A program made the position numbers and the translations under genes. From IMG/VR virus record IMGVR_UViG_3300027881_000536, positions 54,156-118,155 of that record: DNA of 64,000 bases; one strand, 5' to 3'. Under the pieces are notes generated by a model. It was not told the DNA's origin and searched no databases. It was given only the letters and a program-made list of their open reading frames with translations. This document shows positions 28,937 through 37,995 of the stretch, one piece after another; position 1 is the stretch's first letter; every line of letters starts with the position of its first letter. The DNA is from a virus.

Positions 28937-30399
28937 ACCTTATCACCTACCCACCTGATGTATGGAATCCCAGACATCTTAGTTTCCTTGAACAGAGCCC
29001 GAGCCTCCTTGTAGTGGTTGTATACCACAGGGGTGCTGCGGTCTTGTAGTCTTCCGTAAGCCTTGAGAACATCCTTCTTGAGATTCCACCCATCACCACG
29101 ATGGTCGCCTAGGTCATAATCTTTACAGGCTTCTAGTGCCTTGGTCCATGCGTCTGTCTTGGCTATCTTCTCAGCCTTAGCAGCACCCAGTTCTAGGTCA
29201 CTCTCAAGCCACACGATGAGTCGCTCGTAGACATCGTAGAGTATTTCCATAGCCATATCTATGTGGTCACCTGTGATAACCCACGCTTCGGACGGGTCAT
29301 ATGGACCTTCCTTTTTCACCTCATTCATCTCAATTAGGAGAAGGTGAGTAGCCATGATGTTCAGATAGTTCTCGATGTTAGGCATGAAAGACAGGATAAC
29401 ATCACTCAGTTGGTCATCCATTCCCTTCACCAGTCTGTAGAACTCCTCGATTGCTGAGTCTAACGCTGGGTCGAAGTCCCTACTCTTTTGGAACATGTTC
29501 AGAGCAGAGGCCCTGACTAGACGCTCTCGCTCTTCTCTTTCCTCCTTGATGTTCTCATCCAAGTCCTCCCACATTACTGCATCAACATGGGGTGATGAGG
29601 CGAACAAATGTTCTCTCACCATAGCCTCCACCTCTCTGAAGTGTCGGGCCAAATCCTCCGTGGACTTCACGCCTTGCATCTCATCAGACCATAGACCTGA
29701 CATCCTCCGCTTGGACACTGCCATCCTCATGTCATTGTCCCAGTGACAGAACATGAGTAGCACACGCTGGAACAGCCCCTTGGTCAGGACATACTCCTTC
29801 ACGCCCGATGGGGGGAAGGTTGTAATCCAATGTGAAGTGCGGGACTCAGTCTCAATCTTACCATCCTTCATGTGCTTGGTGAGTGTGTTACTGTGGCTTC
29901 CTACAGGGTTCATCGACTGCTGTAGGTAGAGAATAACTTCTGAGAAGAACTGCTTCGGGTTAGGTTGTAGCAGGACACTCCCTTCATCGAAGTTCAGCAG
30001 TTTCTTACCATTGAGTAGACCAGGTGTCTCCTCGGTGTAGAAGTTCCCTTCCTCATCCTTCATCTGTTTGAAGGAACCTATCAGTCCAGCGTCTGTGCCA
30101 GAGGTGAAGGTGTCTGCGTCGAGGTTGGCGTGCTTTGCTACTTCACCTATGAATTCCCAAGAGATGGATTTTCCAGCGCGGGTAGGTTGAATCCAGAACA
30201 CATGGAATCTAGGGTCTAGATAGGATGCCCAAACTGGTATCCTCACATAATCCACCACCGCTTGCCCCTGTAAGTAGAAGAAGGAGAGTAGTCCCGGTAA
30301 CTCATTGAAGAAAGAGGTCTTACTAAACCTCTCAATGTAGTCTTTCAGTATAGGATAGCGTTTGACTGCAGTGTATTGTCGCCAGGTTCTTCTTGCCAT
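28933..30399 (-). CDS. Divergent MCM-like AAA+ ATPase/helicase
   Basis: Walker A-like QPTRAGKS, 'GLIGS', Walker B LNFDE, LQQSM, Arg-finger LFQR, probable C-terminal winged helix. Confidence 0.6.
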   Translation of the reverse strand: MARRTWRQYTAVKRYPILKDYIERFSKTSFFNELPGLLSFFYLQGQAVVDYVRIPVWASYLDPRFHVFWIQPTRAGKSISWEFIGEVAKHANLDADTFTSGTDAGLIGSFKQMKDEEGNFYTEETPGLLNGKKLLNFDEGSVLLQPNPKQFFSEVILYLQQSMNPVGSHSNTLTKHMKDGKIETESRTSHWITTFPPSGVKEYVLTKGLFQRVLLMFCHWDNDMRMAVSKRRMSGLWSDEMQGVKSTEDLARHFREVEAMVREHLFASSPHVDAVMWEDLDENIKEEREERERLVRASALNMFQKSRDFDPALDSAIEEFYRLVKGMDDQLSDVILSFMPNIENYLNIMATHLLLIEMNEVKKEGPYDPSEAWVITGDHIDMAMEILYDVYERLIVWLESDLELGAAKAEKIAKTDAWTKALEACKDYDLGDHRGDGWNLKKDVLKAYGRLQDRSTPVVYNHYKEARALFKETKMSGIPYIRWVGDKV

Positions 30400-30422
30400 A
30401 GGTCGGGTGGCGTCATACCTAG

Positions 30423-30431
30423 TCTATAATA
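30423..30431 (-). promoter_or_regulatory. Candidate archaeal TATA box for the helicase transcript
   Basis: Minus-strand TATTATAGA lies ~25 nt upstream of the ATG at 30399, preceded by a T-rich tract after the XPF stop. Confidence 0.35.
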
Positions 30432-30457
30432 CCTGTCCCTATCAAGAAAGAATAAGC

Positions 30458-31204
30458 CTAAGAATCTCGAGAACTTCGACGCTCGATGTGGACTGGTTCC
30501 TCACTGGTGAGAGCCTCTAGAACCCTAGCCCTAAGCACCTTACCCATGCGTGGTACTCCCCTGAGACAGTCCCCACAAGCAGCCTCCTCTAGGCTACCAC
30601 AAGCACCGATAATCTTGTCCACCATCTCATCACCTATGCCTGGGATGGTACGGAGCATGTCTACTCTGACATCGTTGCTTGATACCCTACGGATAGCCTG
30701 TGCGCCGTGTCTACTGGCACTCTTGTAGGTCTTCTCATGTAGACCTACCATGAAGTGTGATGCCTCCATCAGGTTAGGTGCACGGTATACTAGGCACCCA
30801 AAGTCTGCAGCGATGCGGGCTAAGCCTCCTGCTACCTGCTTTGTTGCAGCACTGAAATTGATGGAGCCTCCTCTTGCTTGGGCCTGCTTGACATAGTCTG
30901 CTACTGGACCCCACACTACTACTCCATACATATCTACATTGGCGTCGAGATTATCTAACTGCCTCATTAGATGCCCACTCCTAAGTGATTCTAGGAAGTC
31001 CCCCACACTCTTGGCTTCCATATACCATTCTCCACACTTGTAGTCCCCAACAACTAGATGTTCTCTAACTATGGAGAGGGGTGGGCTCTTCTTGTGAGCC
31101 CTGCGTTCCACTGCATCGAACAGTGGACCACGCTCGTTGGTGTCTATCACTAGTGGTCTTACAGACTTCCTGTCCCGTCCCATAACTGGCACCTCCCGAG
31201 GCAT
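30458..31204 (-). CDS. XPF/ERCC4-family structure-specific nuclease with HhH2
   Basis: LVIDTNE, GDY, EAKSVGDF (ERKxxxD-like), C-terminal IPGIG and VPRMG HhH motifs. Confidence 0.85.
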   Translation of the reverse strand: MPREVPVMGRDRKSVRPLVIDTNERGPLFDAVERRAHKKSPPLSIVREHLVVGDYKCGEWYMEAKSVGDFLESLRSGHLMRQLDNLDANVDMYGVVVWGPVADYVKQAQARGGSINFSAATKQVAGGLARIAADFGCLVYRAPNLMEASHFMVGLHEKTYKSASRHGAQAIRRVSSNDVRVDMLRTIPGIGDEMVDKIIGACGSLEEAACGDCLRGVPRMGKVLRARVLEALTSEEPVHIERRSSRDS

Positions 31205-32232
31205 AAACCGCCAGCCTCGAGAGAAGCACAGTGTTTTTGGTATCCTTTGTCCACTATGCTCCTAACATGGTAGCGAGTCACATTTTCATCGTAGTCAGCC
31301 CATTGAAGGGTGGCTATGTATCTTGATATGGATTCAGCGTGACCTTCACGCATCTCCTGTGTCGTTCGTTCTACAGGTAGAAAGTTCCTGAGTCTGGAGG
31401 CTAGGTAAATCACTAGAGATGCCCGAGCATCATGTGGTGGGTTGCTTCCCACTTGACAGGCTGCTTCTACTAGACAGGGGAGAATCCTCACCCCTTCCAT
31501 CTCTACTGTATCGAATTGTAATGCTGGGCCTGATGTATCGAAGCGTGTCTTCTTCACATGCTCGAGAGGTAGGTCTATTCCGTTAGTCCCGTAGGTGAAG
31601 TGGCCTTTACGGTGTGCTTCTGCTTTCTCACACACATCATCCCAGGACCACTTGAGTATCTCTGCACTCCTAAGTGGTATACTCCATCTCCCTACATGTT
31701 GCTTGGCATTGTAGGAGTTGGGAATACGGATGAGTCTAGCCATGTCGAAAGGTACAGTAGGGTCCATGCAGGTTAGGTCTAGACTATCCTTCCAGTCATT
31801 GATGACCTTCTTACCTGCAGCCTTGATGAGAGAGACCTCACTACCAGTTGCTGGCCGGTGTGTCTTGGAGAGTTGAATCCAGATATGAAATCCATTTCCG
31901 CTGAACCATACAGCATGGCAGACATCTTTGTCCATCAAGACTTGATGTAGTCTGCGTACCTGCTCCATCACTTTGTCCCCATCTACATCGAGAACCATGC
32001 TACCTTTCCTTTCCTTCTTGTCGAAGTCCAGCACGAAGTTCCTCACTATTGCGGTGTTGTATTCAGCACGCTTACCACTAGTCTTGACTGCCCTGTAACC
32101 ATACACACTGGTGTAGGCACACTGACTGTTTCTAAGTGAAGTCCAGTATCGTTCTAGTTCCTCAGGGTTGTGGACTACCTTACGGAATAGTCCTACCTCA
32201 CGAGGGAAGTCGAAATCAAGGACTGAATTCAT
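31159..32232 (-). CDS. Archaeo-eukaryotic primase, PriS-PriL fusion
   Basis: LDFD (motif I), SGNGFH (motif II), RLIRIPNSYN (motif III); C-terminal PCL...H...C...LC..C Fe-S cluster pattern of the PriL-CTD. Confidence 0.9.
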   Translation of the reverse strand: MNSVLDFDFPREVGLFRKVVHNPEELERYWTSLRNSQCAYTSVYGYRAVKTSGKRAEYNTAIVRNFVLDFDKKERKGSMVLDVDGDKVMEQVRRLHQVLMDKDVCHAVWFSGNGFHIWIQLSKTHRPATGSEVSLIKAAGKKVINDWKDSLDLTCMDPTVPFDMARLIRIPNSYNAKQHVGRWSIPLRSAEILKWSWDDVCEKAEAHRKGHFTYGTNGIDLPLEHVKKTRFDTSGPALQFDTVEMEGVRILPCLVEAACQVGSNPPHDARASLVIYLASRLRNFLPVERTTQEMREGHAESISRYIATLQWADYDENVTRYHVRSIVDKGYQKHCASLEAGGLCLGRCQLWDGTGSL

Positions 32233-32518
32233 CTAATTCCCCCCACTTGAAATCAGTCAAGGCTTTGCGACACTTCTCATACACCAAGAGGATAGTTTCA
32301 GGGCTCGATATATGTTCTTTGGTGATAGTGATATCTAGATACTCTGCTATCGGAATTGGGTCTATCAGATTGTCTTCAGGTGGTTTTCCGTAGTGGACAT
32401 AGACCCCTTCACTTCCAGCCTCAACCCTCAATGCTTCCTGCAGTATCAGTCTGAATGCCTCTAGTATACTGTCCCTGTGTTTGTACATATCTTTGATAGA
32501 CTCATCGAATGGGTACAT
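32216..32518 (-). CDS. Hypothetical protein (100 aa)
   Basis: Coupled ORF in the replication operon. Confidence 0.55.
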   Translation of the reverse strand: MYPFDESIKDMYKHRDSILEAFRLILQEALRVEAGSEGVYVHYGKPPEDNLIDPIPIAEYLDITITKEHISSPETILLVYEKCRKALTDFKWGELDEFSP

Positions 32519-33436
32519 CTAACTCACCTTGAACTTGGGACATAGGTCCATGTAATCACAGTATGAACATTTGAAATCATCTTTGGTAATGGGGAAGTCC
32601 TGGGTAAGATACATCTTGATGAGTTTGGTGAGCCTGTGTTGCATGGCTCTTTCACTGACTTTGAGTGGCTTCTCATAATCTAACACTCCTGCTGAACTAT
32701 AGCGCCAACCCCAATGGGTCACTGGTAAGTCACCCAATCCTAGGGCCTTTAGTTCTTCCATTGGAGTTAGTTCAACTAGCATCTTGTAGTAGGACATTTC
32801 CATCCTCATGTCTGATGTTTTGTACTTGCTCCACTTACCAGTTTTCAATTCCATGAGACCTAGTCCGTCCGTGTCTTGGAATACTCGGTCAATCACTCCG
32901 ACCAGTTGTACTTCTACTTCCTTCCCATCTATGTGGAAGGTAGCCTTGGGTGAGAGTTTCACTTCGTTGGCTACAGGTAAGAACAGTTGGTCATCAGTAA
33001 CTGACAGGCGTTGCATCTCATTACGCATCAACCAGTCCACATTGAGTTCGTAGTCACGCTCATAGAATGGTTCGTCCTTATCGCTCCCCCTTCTCATCTC
33101 AACCACTTCCTCCTGTGAGGGGAGCCATCCTCTGAATGTGTCAAGGACCAACCTGTTCTTCCCTTCCAGCACTGCTTTCCTCAAGTCCATCAGGGACTCG
33201 GGCTCAGCACGCTTGTAGAACTCCTCCACTGTGTTGTGGACATCAGTCCCTATTATGAGGTAGGGTTTGGACTCTTCAGGTACAGAGTGTGTCTTGGAGA
33301 GCCACAGTTGTTGAGCACACCACTTGGTATTTGCTAAGGTACTCTTACTGATGCGTATCTTCACCCCATCCTCCCCCATCTCAGGGGTCCAAGCATATGA
33401 GGACTCATCCTCATAGATGAGAGGTAGGGCTGGCAA
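32519..33436 (-). CDS. Cas4/RecB-like PD-(D/E)xK nuclease with Fe-S staple
   Basis: SKS...WC near the N-terminus, H, GVIDR, ELKTG, C-terminal CxxCxYxxxC. Confidence 0.85.
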   Translation of the reverse strand: MPALPLIYEDESSYAWTPEMGEDGVKIRISKSTLANTKWCAQQLWLSKTHSVPEESKPYLIIGTDVHNTVEEFYKRAEPESLMDLRKAVLEGKNRLVLDTFRGWLPSQEEVVEMRRGSDKDEPFYERDYELNVDWLMRNEMQRLSVTDDQLFLPVANEVKLSPKATFHIDGKEVEVQLVGVIDRVFQDTDGLGLMELKTGKWSKYKTSDMRMEMSYYKMLVELTPMEELKALGLGDLPVTHWGWRYSSAGVLDYEKPLKVSERAMQHRLTKLIKMYLTQDFPITKDDFKCSYCDYMDLCPKFKVS

Positions 33437-33438
33437 AA

Positions 33439-33669
33439 TCAGTCCTCCAATTTTGGGGCGGTCTCGTATGCTATAGTCTTTATAGTTTCTAATTGTATGA
33501 GTTTCTCAAGGTATACCACTAGGTCCATCGCTTCCTCTTGTGCGTACACAAGCCAGTCTAACTTGGAGAAGTCCTCCCTCTCCATAGTAGTGCCGTATTT
33601 CTTCAGTCCTACTGCAGCCCGTTCCTGTATCTTCTTACACGCAGCATCTTCAATGGAACTCAAACCCAA
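33439..33669 (-). CDS. Small all-alpha NTP pyrophosphohydrolase (MazG-like) protein
   Basis: ER..G.KKYG...EEAMDLVVY pattern; the true start may be the TTG at 33663. Confidence 0.5.
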   Translation of the reverse strand: MGLSSIEDAACKKIQERAAVGLKKYGTTMEREDFSKLDWLVYAQEEAMDLVVYLEKLIQLETIKTIAYETAPKLED

Positions 33670-33730
33670 ATTCCTCCAGCGTCGTCTGTCTACTCTCTTC
33701 TTCTGTCATTGTTCTTCTTTCTTCTATCAT
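33650..33730 (-). CDS. PIP-box micro-protein (26 aa), missed by the ORF track
   Basis: MIEERRTMTEEESRQTTLEEFGFEFH begins 1 nt after the polB stop and contains QxxLxxF. Confidence 0.5.
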   Translation of the reverse strand: MIEERRTMTEEESRQTTLEEFGFEFH

Positions 33731-33731
33731 A

Positions 33732-36050
33732 TTACCACCAACCATACGCCTTGGGACGGGGTGCTCCAAGAGCACCGTCTATGTCCCAACCAAGGGTAGT
33801 GTAAACACTATCTAACTTGGCCTTCAGCATTTTCTGGAGTATTACATCTGAATCTAGCACATAGCCCTCTAACTCAGAGGGTTCTCGATAGGCTATGATG
33901 TTGGGAATGCCCTGCACATAGGTCCAGGGAACTGAGTCCCCCTTCCCAAACTTGGGGCCTTTGGAATCGTCGTTGTAGTTTGTTGCTGCTTTAGCAGCAC
34001 CACCCAACACCTTGTAGTCTCGGAGTGCCATCCCTAACCTAGTGGTCAGGGTCACCTCCTTGAGAGGGACTTCACCCTCGCGTATGGACATGGCTATCGG
34101 ACGGACATAGGATTCTACCTCACCCTCATCTGCTCCGCTACACACCATGTTGAACACCTCTTTCTGCACCTTCTTGGATAGGGGTGCTGCGTTGGAGGAT
34201 TTCATCTCAAAGCCTGCCACTTTTAGTTCACCGCTCATCTTCTTACCTACATACCTGTTCTTCTTGACCAGCAACCAGTAAGGCATCCAGTCTTCTAGTT
34301 CTACGGACAACATCTTGTTGCCAGTGGCCTCCTGCACAGTCTTCGTGATTTTGTCGGCCAGCATCTCAGCGTCCTCGTAAGGGACCTTGATGAATACTGA
34401 GTCAGTGTGACCATAGAGGCACTCGTAGCCATTGCTAGTGGTGACTTGGTCCAGTAGGTGGATGCACCTCCTCCCCTCGTGGGTGATGGTGTGTGCTATG
34501 TCTAGGTCAGCCCAGCCATAACCACCATGTGCGGTCATGCCATAGAGTGAGGCCATGACCCTCTTAATCGCCATCTGTGTGGTGTTCCAAGCACCGCGTT
34601 CTTCCTCGGTTTCAGCGTGTCGCATCTTGAACTTACATTCATCTCGATAGGCGAACAGATACTCTACTACACTAGGTAGCAAACCCTGCTCACTCTGGTC
34701 CCAGAAGGTGCCGTTATCGAGTTGGAGTATGTTCTCACCAGGGCCGTCCCTCTTGGTCTCATAAGAGAGGTTGTTGCCTAAAATGAGAGATGCATACAGC
34801 CCCTTGTAATCAAGCAGGCCAACGCCTTGATGCAAACCAGTTACAAGATTCAGTCCTACTTCTGCACCCTTGAGTGAGCCACTGTCACCTCTGGCTCTGG
34901 TTGGAGCCTTCTTGTCTGTCCTCCTTGAGAGTAGACCCCTAGCGAAGTTAGTCACATTACATGCTGAGGGTAGAGTGACTCCGCAGAGTCTGACCATCTG
35001 TATGTAGAAGTCGGTGACATTCTTGGCCTCATCTATCCCTCTGAGTAGATGGGTGTCTAGTAGACAGTAGTCCACGAAGTCACCCCAGTGTTTGTACCAT
35101 CCATTGTGGACATCCATGCCCTCTATATCCTCAGTGAGTTTGGAACCTAGGCCTAGCGTCTCTGCTATGTCGTTGAGTTTGAGGGATGGTAGTTGACCAC
35201 CCCCACTGTCTTTCCATACTCGCTCGAATCCTGTGCCACTGCTGGCCTGGGCTGCAGTATCGAACTGCCATCTACCTATGATGGGTTGGTCTGTTGGGTC
35301 ATACCTGTCCTTACCCTTCCTGAATCTCCTGACCTTTCCCACTGGACTCATTCGCTCAGGGTATGGAATCCTGTTGATGAGGTGAGGTAGGTCTGCGAAT
35401 GTCCCCGCGTGTGCAATTAGCATGTCGGGGTCGCGCTCACGCATGAATGATATGAAGGCCTCATGGAGTTCATGTTCTGAGTTGAAGAATCTTAGTTCAT
35501 ACTCTACATCACGAGCCATTCTCATTTGTGTGTCACCATGAGGTATGTATTCCCACACATTGGTGCGTTCGTCAGCCCAAGCAAAGACCACTGGCGTGTC
35601 TAAGTCGCTGTCTATCACAGCGATGACTGTGGTGAATGGGTCATCACCAGTGTCCCATTCTATGTCATACCACCACTTTCGTGGCTTCCAGTCTGGCATA
35701 ACTTGGACATTGTCTATCAGCCAGCGGTCTGTGAATCTAATATCAGCCTCGTATGTGTTGCTGAATTGCTCCCTCATCCTTGTAATCTCAAAGGGAGACT
35801 GTGCCTCTACTTTCACCAGTGGTGTGCCGTCGAGGCCAACGGCTTGCTCCTCGTAGATGACTCTGCTTTCTGGGAATCTAGTCATCACCCTCCTGAACTG
35901 GAAGTCAGGAGAGTTCTTTGGCACCCAGAAGTATGGCTTGTAACTCCTATCTGTGTGCTCGATGAGGTTACCCTCCTCATCACGGTATCGTGAGTATATG
36001 ATGGGTTGCTCACCATTCTCATAGTAATCATCGACTATCATTCTGAACAC
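33732..36050 (-). CDS. polB: Family B DNA polymerase
   Basis: Exo DIEWD, YCLLD; polymerase DYKGLYAS, KRVMASLYG, YGHTDS, KKNRY. The start may be the ATG at 36041. Confidence 0.97.
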   Translation of the reverse strand: MFRMIVDDYYENGEQPIIYSRYRDEEGNLIEHTDRSYKPYFWVPKNSPDFQFRRVMTRFPESRVIYEEQAVGLDGTPLVKVEAQSPFEITRMREQFSNTYEADIRFTDRWLIDNVQVMPDWKPRKWWYDIEWDTGDDPFTTVIAVIDSDLDTPVVFAWADERTNVWEYIPHGDTQMRMARDVEYELRFFNSEHELHEAFISFMRERDPDMLIAHAGTFADLPHLINRIPYPERMSPVGKVRRFRKGKDRYDPTDQPIIGRWQFDTAAQASSGTGFERVWKDSGGGQLPSLKLNDIAETLGLGSKLTEDIEGMDVHNGWYKHWGDFVDYCLLDTHLLRGIDEAKNVTDFYIQMVRLCGVTLPSACNVTNFARGLLSRRTDKKAPTRARGDSGSLKGAEVGLNLVTGLHQGVGLLDYKGLYASLILGNNLSYETKRDGPGENILQLDNGTFWDQSEQGLLPSVVEYLFAYRDECKFKMRHAETEEERGAWNTTQMAIKRVMASLYGMTAHGGYGWADLDIAHTITHEGRRCIHLLDQVTTSNGYECLYGHTDSVFIKVPYEDAEMLADKITKTVQEATGNKMLSVELEDWMPYWLLVKKNRYVGKKMSGELKVAGFEMKSSNAAPLSKKVQKEVFNMVCSGADEGEVESYVRPIAMSIREGEVPLKEVTLTTRLGMALRDYKVLGGAAKAATNYNDDSKGPKFGKGDSVPWTYVQGIPNIIAYREPSELEGYVLDSDVILQKMLKAKLDSVYTTLGWDIDGALGAPRPKAYGWW

Positions 36051-36142
36051 CCATCACATCTTGGAGCAATCACTCTGCCGCAAGCACGACAGTGAGTAGT
36101 GTCAACTCCCTGCCAACCACAGAAACAATGCACTACTTTCAT
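36038..36142 (-). CDS. Cys-rich micro-protein (34 aa)
   Basis: MKVVHCFCGWQGVDTTHCRACGRVIAPRCDGCSE has ATGA overlaps on both sides and six Cys. Confidence 0.6.
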   Translation of the reverse strand: MKVVHCFCGWQGVDTTHCRACGRVIAPRCDGCSE

Positions 36143-36225
36143 ACTGCCACACTCATATTCCACATCATTAGGGCAACGGCTATTCCACCGAGCATTATCA
36201 AAGCCCAATCCCAATCTCTATCCAT
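36139..36225 (-). CDS. Single-TM micro-protein (28 aa)
   Basis: MDRDWDWALIMLGGIAVALMMWNMSVAV abuts the clamp stop. Confidence 0.5.
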   Translation of the reverse strand: MDRDWDWALIMLGGIAVALMMWNMSVAV

Positions 36226-36981
36226 TCAATCCCCTCTTTGGTCCAAGATAACTAGCAGATGCTCCTTCTCCATGTGGCGCAGTATTAGCACGAACTTGTG
36301 CGAGGTGTATAGTTCTACCACTCCCGAAGGGATGCAGTTAACAACACTTGGAAACCAACCACCGAAACTTGACTCACAGGTCTTGGGTGGTCCAGCACAA
36401 TCTTCTATGTCTACACTCAATGTCATGTTAGCAGTTCCTTTCTCACCTGCAGTAATGTTCCACACCTTGTTTTTCACAGAGAATTGAGTGTTGATAGCGT
36501 GGTTCTTCCCTACTATCTTCTCGAGGGTCTGCACCTGCATGAGGTCAGAGGTGTGCAACTTACCGTAACAGGTTAGAGGTTCCCCTCCCCAATGCTTCCA
36601 GTTATCTCGTTCACTGTCCTCTTTGAGAGCCAGTGCCTTACTCGTCCTTACATTGGAGTGGACATACTCACTGTATGGTAGGGTGAGGTCTACATTGCCT
36701 GAGAGGACACGCAATGGTGTTTCTGAGGGCTGGTAGAGGCTCACCATTGACTCCTTTGGTAGAGCCTTGGTAAATGTCAGGAGTTTACCTAGGTCTGAGA
36801 TGACTATTGCACCTGAGTCTTCCACATCAGCACTCACACTAGTGTGCAACATGTGTGTCTTCATTGCAACGGTCCCAGTGAGGGACATATCCCGAGCCTC
36901 GAGCCTGAGGTCCCCCACCCCAGGCCCAAAGCCGTTCAACAGAACGAGGAGTGCTTCCTTGCCAATATTTACTCGAGCCAA
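36226..36981 (-). CDS. Putative PCNA/gp45-like sliding clamp
   Basis: 251 aa; N-terminal helix-strand pattern 'LLVLL..F...V.DLRLEA', 'DLGKLLTFTKAL'; lies between polB and the RFC gene. No diagnostic motif. Confidence 0.55.
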   Translation of the reverse strand: MARVNIGKEALLVLLNGFGPGVGDLRLEARDMSLTGTVAMKTHMLHTSVSADVEDSGAIVISDLGKLLTFTKALPKESMVSLYQPSETPLRVLSGNVDLTLPYSEYVHSNVRTSKALALKEDSERDNWKHWGGEPLTCYGKLHTSDLMQVQTLEKIVGKNHAINTQFSVKNKVWNITAGEKGTANMTLSVDIEDCAGPPKTCESSFGGWFPSVVNCIPSGVVELYTSHKFVLILRHMEKEHLLVILDQRGD

Positions 36982-37032
36982 GCGCCTTCCCCCATTTTTG
37001 GCGCAGCCTCGTGTATAAGAGTGTTTATAGTA

Positions 37033-37995
37033 TCACCCCTTAAGTTCAGGAAGCCCATGCCACTTGAGTGGCTTGTCGTCATATGTGCTCATCACCAGTC
37101 GGGTCTTATCCAACATCTCAGGTAGATTACGAGCCTTGGCGAATGTGGCCTCATAGGTGGTTTCACCTGTAGGGAAACCCTCATCGTCACGAATCTGCGT
37201 TTTCTTCATTTCTATGATGGTATGTAGATAGTTGCTCGTCTGCTTTTCCCATTTTGGTTTCTTAGCACCAGTAGCGGTCCCATCGGCCCTCTGTTCGTAT
37301 TGCCAGTGTGTTTCATACCACACATTGACTCCCAAACGGGTCAATTCTCGACATAGTGAAGTTAGTTGGTGGAACCGCGTACTGCGAATCTGCCAATTGA
37401 ACCTCATACCCACTTTCTCGTGAGGACTGATTTTAGCACCAATTCCGTCAGGAGCGGTGCCTAGGTCCTCGATGAACATACAGGCCATGGAAACTGAGTC
37501 CCAAAGGTCTGTAGCAGTCACTAGGACTGTATTCAGTCTCTGACCCTTGTAGTTAGGTTCTAGTTGGTCTCTAGCCCAATTTAGGGCCTCCCTCCCTATT
37601 TCCATTACTTTGTCGTGTGTAGCAGGGTAGTTGTAAGCGGTTCGAGCCTCGTCCTGCATCACCCATGGATTGATTGACTTGAAATCTGACCTTCTATGGT
37701 TGTAGAAAGCGTCCCTGAGGGATGCGCCCCCACCATCGAAGTCTACAATGACACAGGCGTCACCCTCAGGTATGCTGTTCAGGATGATGGCCGTTTTACA
37801 GGTCCCATCGTCACCTACTATACCACCGAACTCGCCGGTAATGGGTGCGATTTCCTCAGCGAAGTATTTGTCTCCTCGATGTTGTTGAGCCTTCTCCACA
37901 GGAGTGGCACCTCCAGGTGGCCCCGGAGTCAATGGTTTATCATTGGCTTTTGGGTCTATTATCTCCTTATCCTTTAGATTCTTGAAACCACTCAT
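37033..37995 (-). CDS. RecA/Sak4-like P-loop ATPase (recombination)
   Basis: GIVGDDGTCKT Walker A variant, VIVDFDGG, and a RecA-like core order. Confidence 0.6.
   Translation of the reverse strand: MSGFKNLKDKEIIDPKANDKPLTPGPPGGATPVEKAQQHRGDKYFAEEIAPITGEFGGIVGDDGTCKTAIILNSIPEGDACVIVDFDGGGASLRDAFYNHRRSDFKSINPWVMQDEARTAYNYPATHDKVMEIGREALNWARDQLEPNYKGQRLNTVLVTATDLWDSVSMACMFIEDLGTAPDGIGAKISPHEKVGMRFNWQIRSTRFHQLTSLCRELTRLGVNVWYETHWQYEQRADGTATGAKKPKWEKQTSNYLHTIIEMKKTQIRDDEGFPTGETTYEATFAKARNLPEMLDKTRLVMSTYDDKPLKWHGLPELKG

Noticed and set aside
32519-33436. CRISPR-Cas locus suggested by the Cas4-like gene
   Set aside because: No cas1/cas2 and no regularly spaced repeat-spacer array were seen anywhere in the window.
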